Below the pieces are notes generated by a model. It saw nothing but the letters and a program-made list of their open reading frames with translations. It made no database searches and was not told the origin of the DNA. This document shows positions 1 through 12,785 of a DNA stretch of 48,150 nt, piece by piece. Source of the DNA: Octopus bimaculoides. Taxonomy: Eukaryota. The stretch's first letter is position 1. Each line of letters begins with the position of its first letter. Location of the stretch: assembly GCF_001194135.2 (NCBI RefSeq), contig NC_068985.1, positions 73,700,230-73,748,379 of the forward strand, given 5' to 3'. The position numbers and the translations under genes were made by a program.

Positions 1-235
1 GGGGTGATTTTAAGGATTGGCTATATGATAAAGTAATGTGCATGTGTGTATGGTGTCTAAAAATTGTGTATGGGGTAAGCGAGAAGATAAGAGAGAGGAT
101 GAGTTAGAGAAAGATAGGGTAAAACAATTATAGGTTAAAAAAGTAGAGCGAAATTAAAGGAATTTAAAGAATTTAAAGGAATTTACCTAGCGTACCCAGT
201 CGTTTAGATCACCTGTGAACTGAACTCCCATACTT

Positions 236-282
<47 letters not shown>

Positions 283-310
283 GTGTGTGTGTGTGCATGT
301 ATATGTGTGT

Positions 311-598
311 GAGGGTGACCTAGTGGTGAGGGTGTTGGTCGATCGCAAGGACTTGGTTTCAATTCGTAGAGCAGGTGGTGCATTGCGTCCTTGAGTAAAA
401 CACTTCATATGTTTCTCCGCAATTACTTCGAAACCTGACGCATGGCACTCAGTGCACCTGTTCAGACAACGTCGATTTGATGGAGAGAGCAAGCTAATGT
501 ACGGCATGAACATTTAAATAGCTGTAAACAATTCACTTGTTCAGGTGGTCCGGCAAAATGGTGAACGGTCACACGTCGCCTTCAACGGAAGAGTCCAT
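311..598 (+). mobile_element. tRNA-derived SINE (family C in this report)
   Basis: A-box-like TGACCTAGTGG at ~315 and B-box-like GGTTTCAATTC at ~355, followed by gcgtccttgagtaaaacactt, a typical post-tRNA SINE segment. It sits between (TA/TG)n and (TA)n runs. Confidence 0.7.
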
Positions 599-626
599 TT
601 ATGTACGTATCTATATATATATATAT

Positions 627-905
627 NNNNNNNNNNNNNNNNNNNNNNNNNNNNNNNNNNNNNNNNNNNNNNNNNNNNNNNNNNNNNNNNNNNNNNNNNN
701 NNNNNNNNNNNNNNNNNNNNNNNNNNNNNNNNNNNNNNNNNNNNNNNNNNNNNNNNNNNNNNNNNNNNNNNNNNNNNNNNNNNNNNNNNNNNNNNNNNNN
801 NNNNNNNNNNNNNNNNNNNNNNNNNNNNNNNNNNNNNNNNNNNNNNNNNNNNNNNNNNNNNNNNNNNNNNNNNNNNNNNNNNNNNNNNNNNNNNNNNNNN
901 NNNNN
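627..905. other. assembly gap (279 N) flanked by (TA)n
   Basis: Run of N. Other gaps: 4917-5021, 8238-9025, 13335-13763, 16281-16380, 22486-22844, 25028-25289, 27405-27573, 38891-38997. Confidence 0.99.
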
Positions 906-945
<40 letters not shown>

Positions 946-1339
946 GTACACATCTGTATAGAGACGTAGCAAGCAAAAGGCTCACAAGGTCAGGATGAAA
1001 TGAAAACTCGAGACATTTAGGATATATATACGAAAATATACATACTTTGTTCTCATTCTAATTTTACTAGATAATGCAACGAAACGTTGGGAAGGGACGA
1101 TGTGCAATCTGAAATGCACCAGATATATTATCTTCTTATTTTTGTGTGTATATATATATTTCGTTTCTGCAAGATTCTGTAAATGAATTCGTCTGTTGAA
1201 GCATATTCTGTTGTGTATAGAAAGAGTCATTTTTTTTAGTGCCTTAAAATTTAACACACTATCTGGTAAAATTTCCACTCAATTACTTATTTTTCTAAAA
1301 TGTTCGTTGCGTCTTGACTCTATCCGATATCCCAGCTGC

Positions 1340-1945
1340 GTTCTTTCTGTTTGTGTGTGTGCATATGTGTGTGTCAGTGTGTCTGTGCATACACATGTAT
1401 GTATGTATGTATGTATGTATGTATGTATATATGCATGTATGCATGTATGTATGTATGTTAGTATATATATATATATATATGCATGCAAGTGAGTGTATGT
1501 ATGTATGTATGTATGTGTATTTGTGTATGAATATATGTGTGTACATTCGTATGTACTCTGCATGTTCATGTGTTTGTGTATTTGTGTGTTTTTATGTGTG
1601 TATGTGTTGTTTCCATGTGTCTGTATGTCCCTCTGTCTCCATGTGTGTATGTCTGAGTGTGTCGGCGTGTGGGGGAGGTAATGACTATGTCCTGTGTCTC
1701 TATGTATGGATGTGTATCTTCATATGTGTGGATATGTGTCCCCATATGTGTCCTTGCGTAAAGGGAAGTATGTGTCTATATGGTCATGTGTTTCAGTTTT
1801 TATTTATGAATGTGTGCTTGTCTGTTCATATAATCTATGTACATATCCGTATTATGTCTATCTGTTTATTTTCATACCCATATGCCTACATACATGTGCA
1901 TATACATATATACATATACACACACATACTAACACCTATCTACAT
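1340..1945. repeat. compound degenerate microsatellite (TG/TATG/TA/CA)
   Basis: Seen directly; it explains the low-complexity ORFs at 1196-2098. Confidence 0.9.
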
Positions 1946-1995
1946 GGCAACCGGTATATAAATATAAACTGTGGGCATGGGGGTGTGATTATCTA

Positions 1996-2700
1996 CTATG
2001 TAGATTTCCTATTTATTACTGGGGATGTTTCATCTATGAGGAGGTACTCCTGGATTGGGTCCTTTGTGTGCTTGGATAACATGCAGATGTCAAGTTGACC
2101 CAGGTTGTCTCCATGTTGGTCCTTGGGATGTTGGTAGAGTATACCAACATGTATTTTCGTCATTTCGTCTCAAATGTTCATTTTGTCTTTCCGTAACGCT
2201 CCTAGATGTTTCCCCTGTGTATGTCATGTGTATGTCTTTACAAGCACATTCTATGCATCTTATTCTATAGACTACATTTCTATTTCTTTGGTTAATGCCA
2301 GGGCTAATCCTACATACCATGCAGTTATCATTGGGGCATATGGTATTCTCCTACATAGTTGTGATCTGATAGAGTTCCCTGGCTTTTCAGTAATCTTAAT
2401 GTTAATTTTGGTCTCCTTCAGAGCTTTCCTAAATCTTTAGGCTAGTACTCCATAGGCTGTGGCCTCTACAAGCATCACTCCTTGATATTTGTCGGTTTTA
2501 TACCACATGTACACCCTGTTTGTTTGTCACAACTCTTTGTATCCTATTCCAGTTTTTGCTTCTATATCTAGGGCATGTACTACTGGTATCCTTACATATA
2601 ATGTTATCCAACTTCTTTCTAGTACCCCTGTATACTCGAAGCCTATCTTCCTGATCATATCCAGAGAATTGCATCGTATGTCTTTGACAGTCAGTTTAAA
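1996..2700 (-). mobile_element. Penelope-like element 3' fragment (RT C-terminus, linker, GIY-YIG endonuclease), decayed
   Basis: Minus-strand translation across frameshifts: QFSGYDQEDR..CPRYRSKNWNR, WYKTDKYQGVMLVEATAYGVLA*RFRK..KPGNSIRSQL, CMVC..NVVYRIRCIEC..YTGETSRSVTERQNEH, LYQHPKDQH..EYLLIDETSPVINRKST*. Matches the PLE GIY-YIG pattern NVVY-x-I-x-C..YIGET-x-R..R..EH. Confidence 0.88.
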
Positions 2701-2719
2701 AAAGCCATGTCTTTTTGTT

Positions 2720-4150
2720 TCGAATTTTCAAAAACTTAAAACACTTTTTCCACTTTAGCGACAACAAGCATATACACATATAGAACAGTGCTTGAGAGCG
2801 ATTATATAAGCAATTGTATAATATGCTTTATGCCGTGTACTTTCTCAAGATCAAAGTTACGTTCGGTTTACCGCTTGTTATATATATTTTTATGACTTCT
2901 TTTTCAACTATTGCCTGAAAACTATCATGCTGGCTCCATAATTTTTTATTCTTTCAGAGCTGTTTACATACGTCTTTTTTACAAGAATAATAAACGTCTT
3001 TGCTTTTGCCTTACGTGACGAACAATATTATGTTCAAAATTGTTGAAGTCTTGTTTTTGACTTAATCGCATAAATAATGGCTTGCTCAAGGATGTTTGCC
3101 TCACAGATTTTACTCCTTTATAGTTGCATGCATTATAGAATTCTTGACTCTTGGAGTGTGTGCCACACTGTTTGATTCTCTTATAGATTACTTGCCTAAA
3201 ATATTTTCCGAATGCTTCTCACACACAATTTTCCTCTTTATATTTGCAATATCAACACCTCTATTTAGTTTGGGGCCAGAATTAGAATTTTGCTTCAGCT
3301 GAACGAGATATTGATCTATTTATGTTACTATACCCCTTAAAATTCAGGCATCTCTTATACTATCCATTTTCATCGTTTTTAGTAAGAAGTTAATAAGTCA
3401 GGAATTCTTTCTTGGAGCATGCATATACCGTTAATATAATTTTTATGTTCAAACATTATGATAAAAACTGAAATCTAATCCTGTGCACAGTGGAAACTCA
3501 ATCTGCCAAATTAAGCCCAATTGATTTGAACTTGATTTTTAATCCTGTGATACACTAAGTAGTATCATATTCCAAAATTGTCACAAAGGGTTGCGTTGAA
3601 GTTTTCACATTTTATAACTTTATAGCCACCGGAATTTTCCCAATGCTCACTTTTATTTGCTCATAAAACAAATTCAAATCTTCATCATACCATATAGTAT
3701 TGGTGAATAGGCATTAATGAACACCAGGTAGGGGTCATATTATTGGGACATGGCCATAGAAGAAAGTCTATCAATGAAGGGAGGTGTCAATTCAGTAAAA
3801 TATGGGAATAATGTTGACTTCATTCCGAATCCTCCTCTGACAGCCTGCTCTGATTGCCGTCATTTTGTATATCAAAAAACAGTGTCACCATATATCTCAC
3901 CGTATTGGCTATTAATCGCCATACATTATACAAATAAGGCAACAATGTTCATCCACTAATTCACAAGTTATATGGGAATTAAAGCAATTTCCTTTTCGGT
4001 GAAATAATGTCATCCACCCAGGTTAATACATTCCAAGAGTCACCCAGAAATTCTAATATAAGCTTTATGGTATTCGATGGTTGAAAACTCTAACAATATT
4101 TTCTTTCCGAACCTGCCAGTTATGGTTTCGTATGTCCTTTTAACACATAT
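2720..4150 (-). mobile_element. RTE-clade LINE fragment (AP endonuclease into start of RT), heavily decayed
   Basis: Minus strand: QSEQAVRGGFGMKS..DRLSSM..YLVFINAYSP (3701-3720), DEDLNLFYEQI..IP, NFNA (3591-3603). These correspond to the APE motifs GVGF-x-IK, ISAYAPT and GDFNA. Many stops and frameshifts. Confidence 0.62.
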
Positions 4151-5524
4151 TATTTTAACTGTAATAATTTACATTAAATGGATTCATATTTTGTATTAAT
4201 TTAAAGCTTTGTAATACAGAAAATGAATGTATGACCCAAATCTTATTAATTGGAACGCTTGCTTGTGTGCCAAAGTTAACGGTTTGGTAGTAGTTGATGT
4301 TTGAATTTATGAAAATACGAGCTATTAATTTTAGAAGAAACAGCAGAAACGTCAGGATTTATTGAACATCTGTATATAAATTTAATTACAGAGTATACGG
4401 ATATACGAGGAGATCTTAACAGTTTTATCTTTTAATATTATTCGAAGCAGTAAAAAAGAAAGAGGAAAAGAAGACAAGATGTCTTTTTCTCCCCAAAAGG
4501 GTTCATGAAAATGTTTATGAAGTTTATTTATGATATTTAGAAAGATAACTACGCATGTGAGTCTATAAAGAAATTAGTGAAGTGTGTTCATTGGATGCTT
4601 TAACTTCTGTTTTTGAGGCTCCATTATCTCTTCAGATTACTGGACATTATAGGAAATAATTGATTATACTTAAGAGTGCGCTCTAACTAGGAGGTTGTAT
4701 TCAGTACACGAAACATGTTTGTATTTACTTCGCAAACTTGTAAATCTGTGTAAAATTATGCTTCCAAATATGCATTAGATTACTCAGTGGCTAGTTGTAC
4801 ACTCCATATAACATATATATGCAGTTTTTGTGTGTTTTAAATGGCTTAGAAACACCTGCAACACTGCAGTTATATATATATACATACATGCATATATATA
4901 TATATATATATATATANNNNNNNNNNNNNNNNNNNNNNNNNNNNNNNNNNNNNNNNNNNNNNNNNNNNNNNNNNNNNNNNNNNNNNNNNNNNNNNNNNNN
5001 NNNNNNNNNNNNNNNNNNNNNTATATATATTTAACACCTGTTATGACGCTATTTGCTGTGTGTAACGATTAGTGCATGCATAAATCACAGAACAACATAA
5101 TATACAATTAAATAGTCAAATCTTAGTTTTCACTCATTCATCTGTTGCCACTACTTTTTGGGTCCGCATCTGCTGAAGTTTGCTGGAGAAACTGTGTGAT
5201 CAAATATTTTACGATTATGAACACAATAAAAGCTATTAAAAAAACAATCTACCATAGACCATATTGCTATATTTAGCTTCTTAATGATAATAGATGTGGT
5301 TTAAAGCGTATTAGTTTGCTATGGCATGCATAGAAGATCGAAATGGCGGTTGCTCCTTGCTCGTATATTTATAATTAAAAGTACAGATACGTTTTAAACA
5401 CATATGTTAATGATCATATCAGGTTTAAATTGAGAGTTAAAGATAGGAATTCCTACTAAGCGACTTAAATTAAGAACGCTATTACATATATTCACACTCA
5501 CACACATACACACACACTCACACA

Positions 5525-5600
5525 CACACCACACGCACAGAAGCACACACCCGCACAGAAGCACCCACCCACACAGAAGCACCCGCCCGCACGCACGCGT
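5525..5600. repeat. ~18-bp minisatellite (gcacagaagcacccaccc-like) x3 inside a (CA)-rich tract
   Basis: cacagaagcac recurs three times at ~18-bp spacing. Confidence 0.75.
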
Positions 5601-6297
5601 CCACAGTCATATATACAGTTATCCAAATTATTAATTACGTCGCATATTTATTTACAGAGTAGAAATATACTTTAACCTTTAATTTGCTAAGAAACTCATA
5701 ATTTGAAATCATAGAGGTAAGTCATATTCTGCCATAATTTAATTATTCTCCGATCAGGATATACATTTGGCAGAAGGCAAAAATATTATTATTTTACCAC
5801 ACAAGATGTTGAAAAATAATAAGATTCCATTATCTAATAAAATATATCATGACACTTCCATATCATCTTCAATCACATCATGTCACGAAGAGAGAAATAT
5901 AAAAATTATTCCCAATTTTGCATTAATATTATTTATGGTTATTGTTGTAAAAACAGTCTTTAAACAATAGAATCTGAGTAAGAAAAAATATCACTTCTAT
6001 ATATTAAGACTTCTACGTTGGTCTTCTCTGTTAATAATACAAACGTACAATTTTTTCTTACAAAACGCTGTTTACCTATTGTAATCAGAATGTCATATAC
6101 ACATCACTTCCAGGTACATATACATACACTGTATATTATAAAAGTTACACAATGCAACTTTATTGTGCCAAAAGTATTTATTTATAGGAACTATATACGT
6201 AATGGTACAATACTAATGGTATGCATGAGCGACTATGTGATGTGCATGTGTGTTCATATATATGTATACACACGCACACACATATATATTCTTCTAT

Positions 6298-6500
6298 TAT
6301 TTTACTTGTTTCAGTCATTTGACGGTGGCAATGCTAGAGAACCACCCTTTAGTCGAAGAAATCGACCCCTGGATTTATTCTCTGTAAGCCTGGCGCTTTT
6401 TGTATAAGTCTCCTCTGCTGAACAGCTAAATTACAGAGACGGAAACGCACAAACATCGGGTGAAGCAATGGTGGTTGTAATGGTGGACAAACACAGACAC
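6298..6500 (-). mobile_element. SINE family A, 3' half
   Basis: ttttacttgtttcagtcatttgac..agtcgaagaaatcgacccc..ggacaaacacagacac; same sequence family as 14375-14530, 24271-24430 and 38295-38628. Confidence 0.85.
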
Positions 6501-6612
6501 AAGCACACAAATACACACATACATACATACATACATATCTACCTACCTACCTACCTACCTACCTACCTACCTACCTACCTACATACATACATACATATAT
6601 ACATACATACAT
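6500..6612. repeat. (CATA)n(CTAC)n(CATA)n microsatellite
   Basis: Pure (CTAC)n at 6539-6582. Confidence 0.95.
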
Positions 6613-6726
6613 ATGATGGGCTTGGAAGTAGTGGTGATGCTGGCTGGTGCAATTTTGTGGTTTGCCAGCGCGCAATCAAATACATACAAACATACACATA
6701 CATGCACACACATACACAAACACATA

Positions 6727-6970
6727 CCTTTCTCACTCACATTTTTTCTTTCGCTTACTCTCTTTCTTTCTCTGTTAGGTCCTCTCTGAGACAGTTAAAA
6801 CGACAAAACGAACGCCCTCACCATACACTGTCTCTTTCACTCTCTCTCCTTCTCACTCACTTTTTTCTCTCTCTCACTCTCTTTCTCTCTTAGGTCCTCT
6901 CTGAAACATTTAAAAAGACAAAACGAACGCTGTCACCACTCACTGCCTCTTTCACTCTGTCTCCTTGTCT
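6727..6970. repeat. ~120-bp tandem duplication (2 diverged units)
   Basis: tctcactcac at 6731 and 6851; taggtcctctctga..gacaaaacgaacgc..tcacca repeated at 6776 and 6891. Confidence 0.9.
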
Positions 6971-9404
6971 TTCACTCTCTCATTCCTTCTCACGCCCTCT
7001 CTCTTTCTCTCCTACTTCCTCTCTGTCTTCCTCTCTCTCTCGCTTTGCCACTTCTTTGAAGTGGGACGCACACCACAGGTACGTACAAAAACAAAAACTT
7101 AACGTATTAATATTATTGATTATTGCTCGGTTTGATAAGAAAAATGTAGCCTTTAATTTAGAAATGGGTTCTAAATATCGCCACAAGGCTAAATGCGTAT
7201 TCATGAAGCAAGAACATGTAAAACGTTTGCAGAAGTTGTGGAACTTACCCGCACATACTGCATTAGCATTTGATATATGTATATGTTTGTATGTACCTGT
7301 TTGTTTGTGTGTGTGAGTGGGTGTGTGTATATTGCGTGTATGCCTTAGTGTATAAGTTTATGTGTGCATGTGTAGATTATGTGTGCATGTGTGTTATCTA
7401 GTAAATCTTCAATTGAAAGAGTTTGTCGTTTTAATGTTATTGAAATTCCATCTGCGCTTCCCACTCAATTGAAACAGAAGTTATAATTTTATATTGTGTT
7501 GTTCGAGTATCAAAATTGCGATGAATATTGCAGTCGATGATATATATTGCGTATAAATGTTACAGTGCAGTTACCTACAAGTGACTGGATATGCTATTTA
7601 GATATAATGCAAGCTGAAGCATTATCGTATGATTTACGGTAAGTGATGTAGTAGAAGAAAGGTTTGTTTTCAAGTAAGAAGGAAAGGCAACTCTTAAAAT
7701 ATCTAGTAATGGAAAGTATTATACAAATCATTAAATGTATAAATTATTTCTATCAAATAAATTTTCATCACCTAACGAATGTTACGCGAACAACGAATCT
7801 TTATCTATTGAGCAAATAGTTCAACATATAGATTATTCGTGAATAAACCTCTTTAAAGTATGCAGGGATATTTACTTAAGCAATGATTATAGATTTCACT
7901 GTATACAGATGCTAATCCCTCATGTATATAGGTAAATAATTTACTAGAACTTATAAATGGATATAAACATGTCGATATGTATGCATACTTTGCATTCGTA
8001 CATATACATATGAATATGCCAACATGTCTCTACGTATATAAACATATATGTATTCCTGTACAAAAACACATACATGTATGAATGTATATATGAATCCTAC
8101 ATATATGCATACGAACAAGTATATATATATTTACGCACACACACACGTACACACACACACACGTATATATATGTATACCCATATATATAGACAAACATAC
8201 ATGCATAGGTATATATATTCATTATATATATATATATNNNNNNNNNNNNNNNNNNNNNNNNNNNNNNNNNNNNNNNNNNNNNNNNNNNNNNNNNNNNNNN
8301 NNNNNNNNNNNNNNNNNNNNNNNNNNNNNNNNNNNNNNNNNNNNNNNNNNNNNNNNNNNNNNNNNNNNNNNNNNNNNNNNNNNNNNNNNNNNNNNNNNNN
8401 NNNNNNNNNNNNNNNNNNNNNNNNNNNNNNNNNNNNNNNNNNNNNNNNNNNNNNNNNNNNNNNNNNNNNNNNNNNNNNNNNNNNNNNNNNNNNNNNNNNN
8501 NNNNNNNNNNNNNNNNNNNNNNNNNNNNNNNNNNNNNNNNNNNNNNNNNNNNNNNNNNNNNNNNNNNNNNNNNNNNNNNNNNNNNNNNNNNNNNNNNNNN
8601 NNNNNNNNNNNNNNNNNNNNNNNNNNNNNNNNNNNNNNNNNNNNNNNNNNNNNNNNNNNNNNNNNNNNNNNNNNNNNNNNNNNNNNNNNNNNNNNNNNNN
8701 NNNNNNNNNNNNNNNNNNNNNNNNNNNNNNNNNNNNNNNNNNNNNNNNNNNNNNNNNNNNNNNNNNNNNNNNNNNNNNNNNNNNNNNNNNNNNNNNNNNN
8801 NNNNNNNNNNNNNNNNNNNNNNNNNNNNNNNNNNNNNNNNNNNNNNNNNNNNNNNNNNNNNNNNNNNNNNNNNNNNNNNNNNNNNNNNNNNNNNNNNNNN
8901 NNNNNNNNNNNNNNNNNNNNNNNNNNNNNNNNNNNNNNNNNNNNNNNNNNNNNNNNNNNNNNNNNNNNNNNNNNNNNNNNNNNNNNNNNNNNNNNNNNNN
9001 NNNNNNNNNNNNNNNNNNNNNNNNNATATATATATATATACAGAGAGAGATAGAGAGAGAGAAAGCGAAAGCTATGTTTATATGCCAACAGCACGTGGCA
9101 GTCCTATAAAGGACGATGTTGCTGTTGTTATAGCTCCAGGAAAACATCTTTTCCCAGTATCTATCGACGCACAGTTTGTGTTCTCTCAGCATTCGAAAGG
9201 GAGGACATCGCTCCCACCTCTAGCCTTACACGATACTCACTGACCCGGGTTTCTAGGTGGGTTACCTGTCCTAAGTGTGAGATAATCAAAGGGTACTGAA
9301 AAAACCTTTCTCCACTTGCAAATGCTATATATCTTTTAAGCGGCACACAGCCGCTGATCTCGATAGAGAAAAAAAACTTGTTTTAAATCTCATACACAAG
9401 GTGG

Positions 9405-9760
9405 ATGTTGGATGTGTGGTAAGAAATCCGCTTGGCAACTACATGATCCGGGTCAATCACCCTTGTTCAATGTCCTGATAGATGACGATGAAAGAACCTC
9501 GAAGTATATATTGTATATACATATACATACAGATATATGTGTGTGTGTCTTTGTGTTGGATTGCAAAAGTTGTGCGTACGTGTGCGTGTCTTTGTGTCTC
9601 TCTTTCGCAGTCACTTGACAATGTTTTGTTTACATCTCCGTAACTCAGCTGCTCGACAAAAGAATAAGAATCAGTCCTAAAAGTAAGTACTGGAGTCGAT
9701 TCATTCGACTAAAATGTCTTCAAAGTGATGTATCTGCATCGTCATAATCTAATGGCTGAA
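9405..9760 (+). mobile_element. SINE family A-related, degenerate near-full-length copy with internal microsatellite
   Basis: Head ggatgtgtggtaagaaatccgcttggcaactacatgatccgggtc; internal TA/TG tract; tail ccgtaactcagctgctcgacaaaag..taagtactggagtcgattcattcgactaaa. Confidence 0.65.
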
Positions 9761-9984
9761 CTTTGTGGTATATAGCTTTTGGTATATAATTGCTATACGA
9801 AGAACTATCAGCATAACATCCATCGCAATCAATCCATTTTAGCTGTTACTGAACCCAGTCCTTGAATACTCGAAACAGATGCGGAGATGCACTGTTGCAC
9901 ATATACACACAGAGCGCGAACACACACACACAAGCACAAACACACACAACCCCCCCCCCCCCCGAAAACTTTACCTCATTTGTC

Positions 9985-10600
9985 TAATCAAATCATTGTT
10001 ACTGATGACTATTCTTCGCTGGAATAAAACAAAAGGAGTGGATTAAAGAGAGCGACAGATCCTAGCTATGAGATAAGGACCCCTAACTAGCCAAATTCCT
10101 CTTTTACTTGATTTGTTGCGAAACATGTGTGTGATCGCGCATTTTCATGGTGAAGAAATAACGTATCCAAATTTTCCTTCAGTCTTTCCCTTCCATTAGG
10201 TTCTTTAACCATTTCCAGTGTCTTCATGCACTGCTACTGGTCTACAGTACGGCTAATTGCCTGAAAGATCAGGGAGAATGACGCCCTTGTCATAACCTCC
10301 TTCTGATTACCATGTTTTGTAAACTTCATATGCACTTGGAAAGAATTGTGATGCCGTTCAATGGACTAAATTTGTTTCTTGATCTTAAAAGCAAGGCTAA
10401 TTTTCCTCCTCAGTAAAGAAATCGAAAGAAACGTAGTTTTCAGTGACTTCAATTGCTTCCAACAGTTCAAAGTAGGCATCCTCCATTCCCTCCTTTTAAT
10501 TGGTTGTCGACTGCAGAGGCACCAGGTGCACACAATTTGCGAAGTACTACGACTTTCATCATCTTTTGCGATGCATTGCGACAACAGGCCTTCATTGAAG
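9985..10600 (-). mobile_element. mariner (DD34D-type) transposase remnant
   Basis: Minus strand across frameshifts: RKLCA.WVP, FFTEEEN* (cf. IVTGDETW), GVILPD, LFLHHENARSHT (10126-10156; cf. HDNARPHT), HS*DLSLS (cf. YSPDLAPS). Confidence 0.75.
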
Positions 10601-11120
10601 CAAGGTCAGGAAATATCTGTCTACACGAAAAAAAAAAAAAATCATACACATGCAGGTGATTAGTGTTACATTATCGTTTCTTACTATATGGTTATCATTT
10701 AAAGCCGGTTCTTTTTTTTAATTTCTTGTTAATGGTATTATCTCTGTATTTAACGAGTTGACTTCTTTTTTATATCTGATACCTTGCAACACTCATTTGC
10801 CATGTCATCATTGACGGCATGTGAAACGTAATTTGCCTACAATAATGGAATACAGTGTGAAGATTTACCTTACAGGGAGAGTTATTCAACGAACAAGAGC
10901 AATGTAAGAGACTCATATGGGTCACGTCCATATTTGCATCAATAGATATAGTTATACATATCCGTGAACCTTCGTTCATCTTTATGCATAACAATATGTA
11001 TTCTATATATGTGTGTGTGCATGAATATACGTATGTAGGTATGTATGTATATATCTATATAAACACACACACACATACATATATACGTGTATAGATATAT
11101 GAGTGTATGTATATATATAT

Positions 11121-11174
11121 AACCGTAACCATGTGGTTGGTAAGCAAGCTACTTACCACACATCCACTCCTACG

Positions 11175-11176
<2 letters not shown>
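11121..11176 (-). mobile_element. SINE family A, isolated tRNA-like head fragment
   Basis: aaccatgtggttggtaagcaagctacttaccacacatccactcctacgcct; nearly identical to 38575-38628. Confidence 0.85.

Positions 11177-11272
<96 letters not shown>
11177..11272. repeat. (TA)n(GA)n microsatellite
   Basis: Pure TA at 11177-11248, GA at 11249-11272. Confidence 0.98.
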
Positions 11273-12310
11273 TGGGCGTGTGTATATGTGCATGTCCACA
11301 CGCACGCACACATACAAACATATATACATATATATATTTGATAAATTTTAATATTGGATTTAGAGACGATTGTGCGTTAGCTTGTAATGGAGTGCACTGA
11401 GTCCTATATCTAATTAATTTTAATTAATCAAAATGTCCAGTTAGTCTTCAGCACTTTGATCAGAAATAGTCATTAGAAAATGAAACTTCACATCAATGTT
11501 TAATTTTAATTAAAATTTCTCAGGTTAATTCATCAAGTAGCGCACTGTTCATTTTTCAGAGAGATATAGGAGTGCGGATAGATATACGCTATAGATGTTG
11601 TACATTTTTATAGCTTTAAGGAAACTTTTCATTTCCATAATGGATTGCAAAAGTTGATATTCGATAACTGTGACTTAATACATAAATATGGACATCTTCT
11701 GCTCGCTGTGAAGTAAGATATGTTAACATACAGGTGGATTACAAATTAAGTGATTAAGTGTAGGTTATTAGGATAGCTTTCCCAGTCACTATATCTAAGT
11801 CCGACTTCATTTGAAGTAGGTCTCTAATGGAAAACGTTAGTAATCAAGGGCACTAGACAAAGGAATGCGAGCATGTTACGAACAGAATGACGCTTATAAA
11901 CGATAGAAAAGGTAGCAAAGTAACGTGCGGAGTTGTTAAGCAGTGTTGCGCTTCTCGTCAATCGCAACAAATATATTTACCATAGTAAGTCCAACAATAG
12001 CAAATTGCGTATAGAAAAATTAGAACCGTCTCTCACCAGTTGTTATCTTTATATGTCCTTCTGTGAGTTTATATGTCCTTCTGTGAGTTACTCGGGAAAA
12101 TGTTTGAAAATGTTTGAAAATGTTTCAATGGTAAGCAGTATCAGTGAGTTTTATATAAACTGTCAGCTTATCGTATTTTTTTGTAAGTTCCATATGAGAA
12201 AAGACTTGTAATTCTAGATGCAAATAAATTATTATTGTATTTTACCTGGTTGCCTACTGCTTCAAGCTTACAAACTTCATAGAGGGGGATACATGGATCG
12301 TATATATTTA

Positions 12311-12322
12311 TATCTATATCTA

Positions 12323-12389
<67 letters not shown>

Positions 12390-12425
12390 ATATGTATGTA
12401 TGTATGTAGATGTTTGTATGTATGT
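12311..12425. repeat. (TCTA)n followed by (TATG)n
   Basis: Seen directly. Confidence 0.97.
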
Positions 12426-12703
12426 ATATATAGACAGAGAGAGGCAGATAGATAGGTGGATAGAGTGGGAAGGAGGAAGAAAGAGATGAGATGAGAAGAA
12501 GAGGAAAGCACATAGAGAGTTAATGTAGGGTACAGCTGTCAACACAAGAGATGGCAGGAAAATGAAGTCGAATGCAATTGAACTTTCCCTTCAATCATTT
12601 TTCTCATATTGTAAACTGATAATAGAAAAAAGTTCAGAAATAATTTATAGATATAATCGATCCACACTGTGCAGCACATTAGATTTAAAACTTTTAAAAC
12701 AGC

Positions 12704-12785
12704 ATATTAACCAAACGAATATGGCAACACAGGTATACACTTGCATACAAAACATACAAAGTGTAATTAAATATACTCAGACGCA
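12704..12785 (+). repeat. left arm of 82-bp long-range inverted repeat (partner 15543-15624)
   Basis: Reverse complement matches 15543-15624 at 79/82 positions. Confidence 0.95.

Noticed and set aside
537-998. Long ORFs of X, YI, HT or VC repeats here and at 4795, 8048, 13284, 16107, 22319, 24882, 27141, 38675
   Set aside because: They read through N-gaps and dinucleotide microsatellites that lack stop codons; not genes.
9950-9963. C14 run as a functional G-quadruplex
   Set aside because: Single homopolymer at the edge of a (CA)n and a mariner remnant; nothing supports a function.
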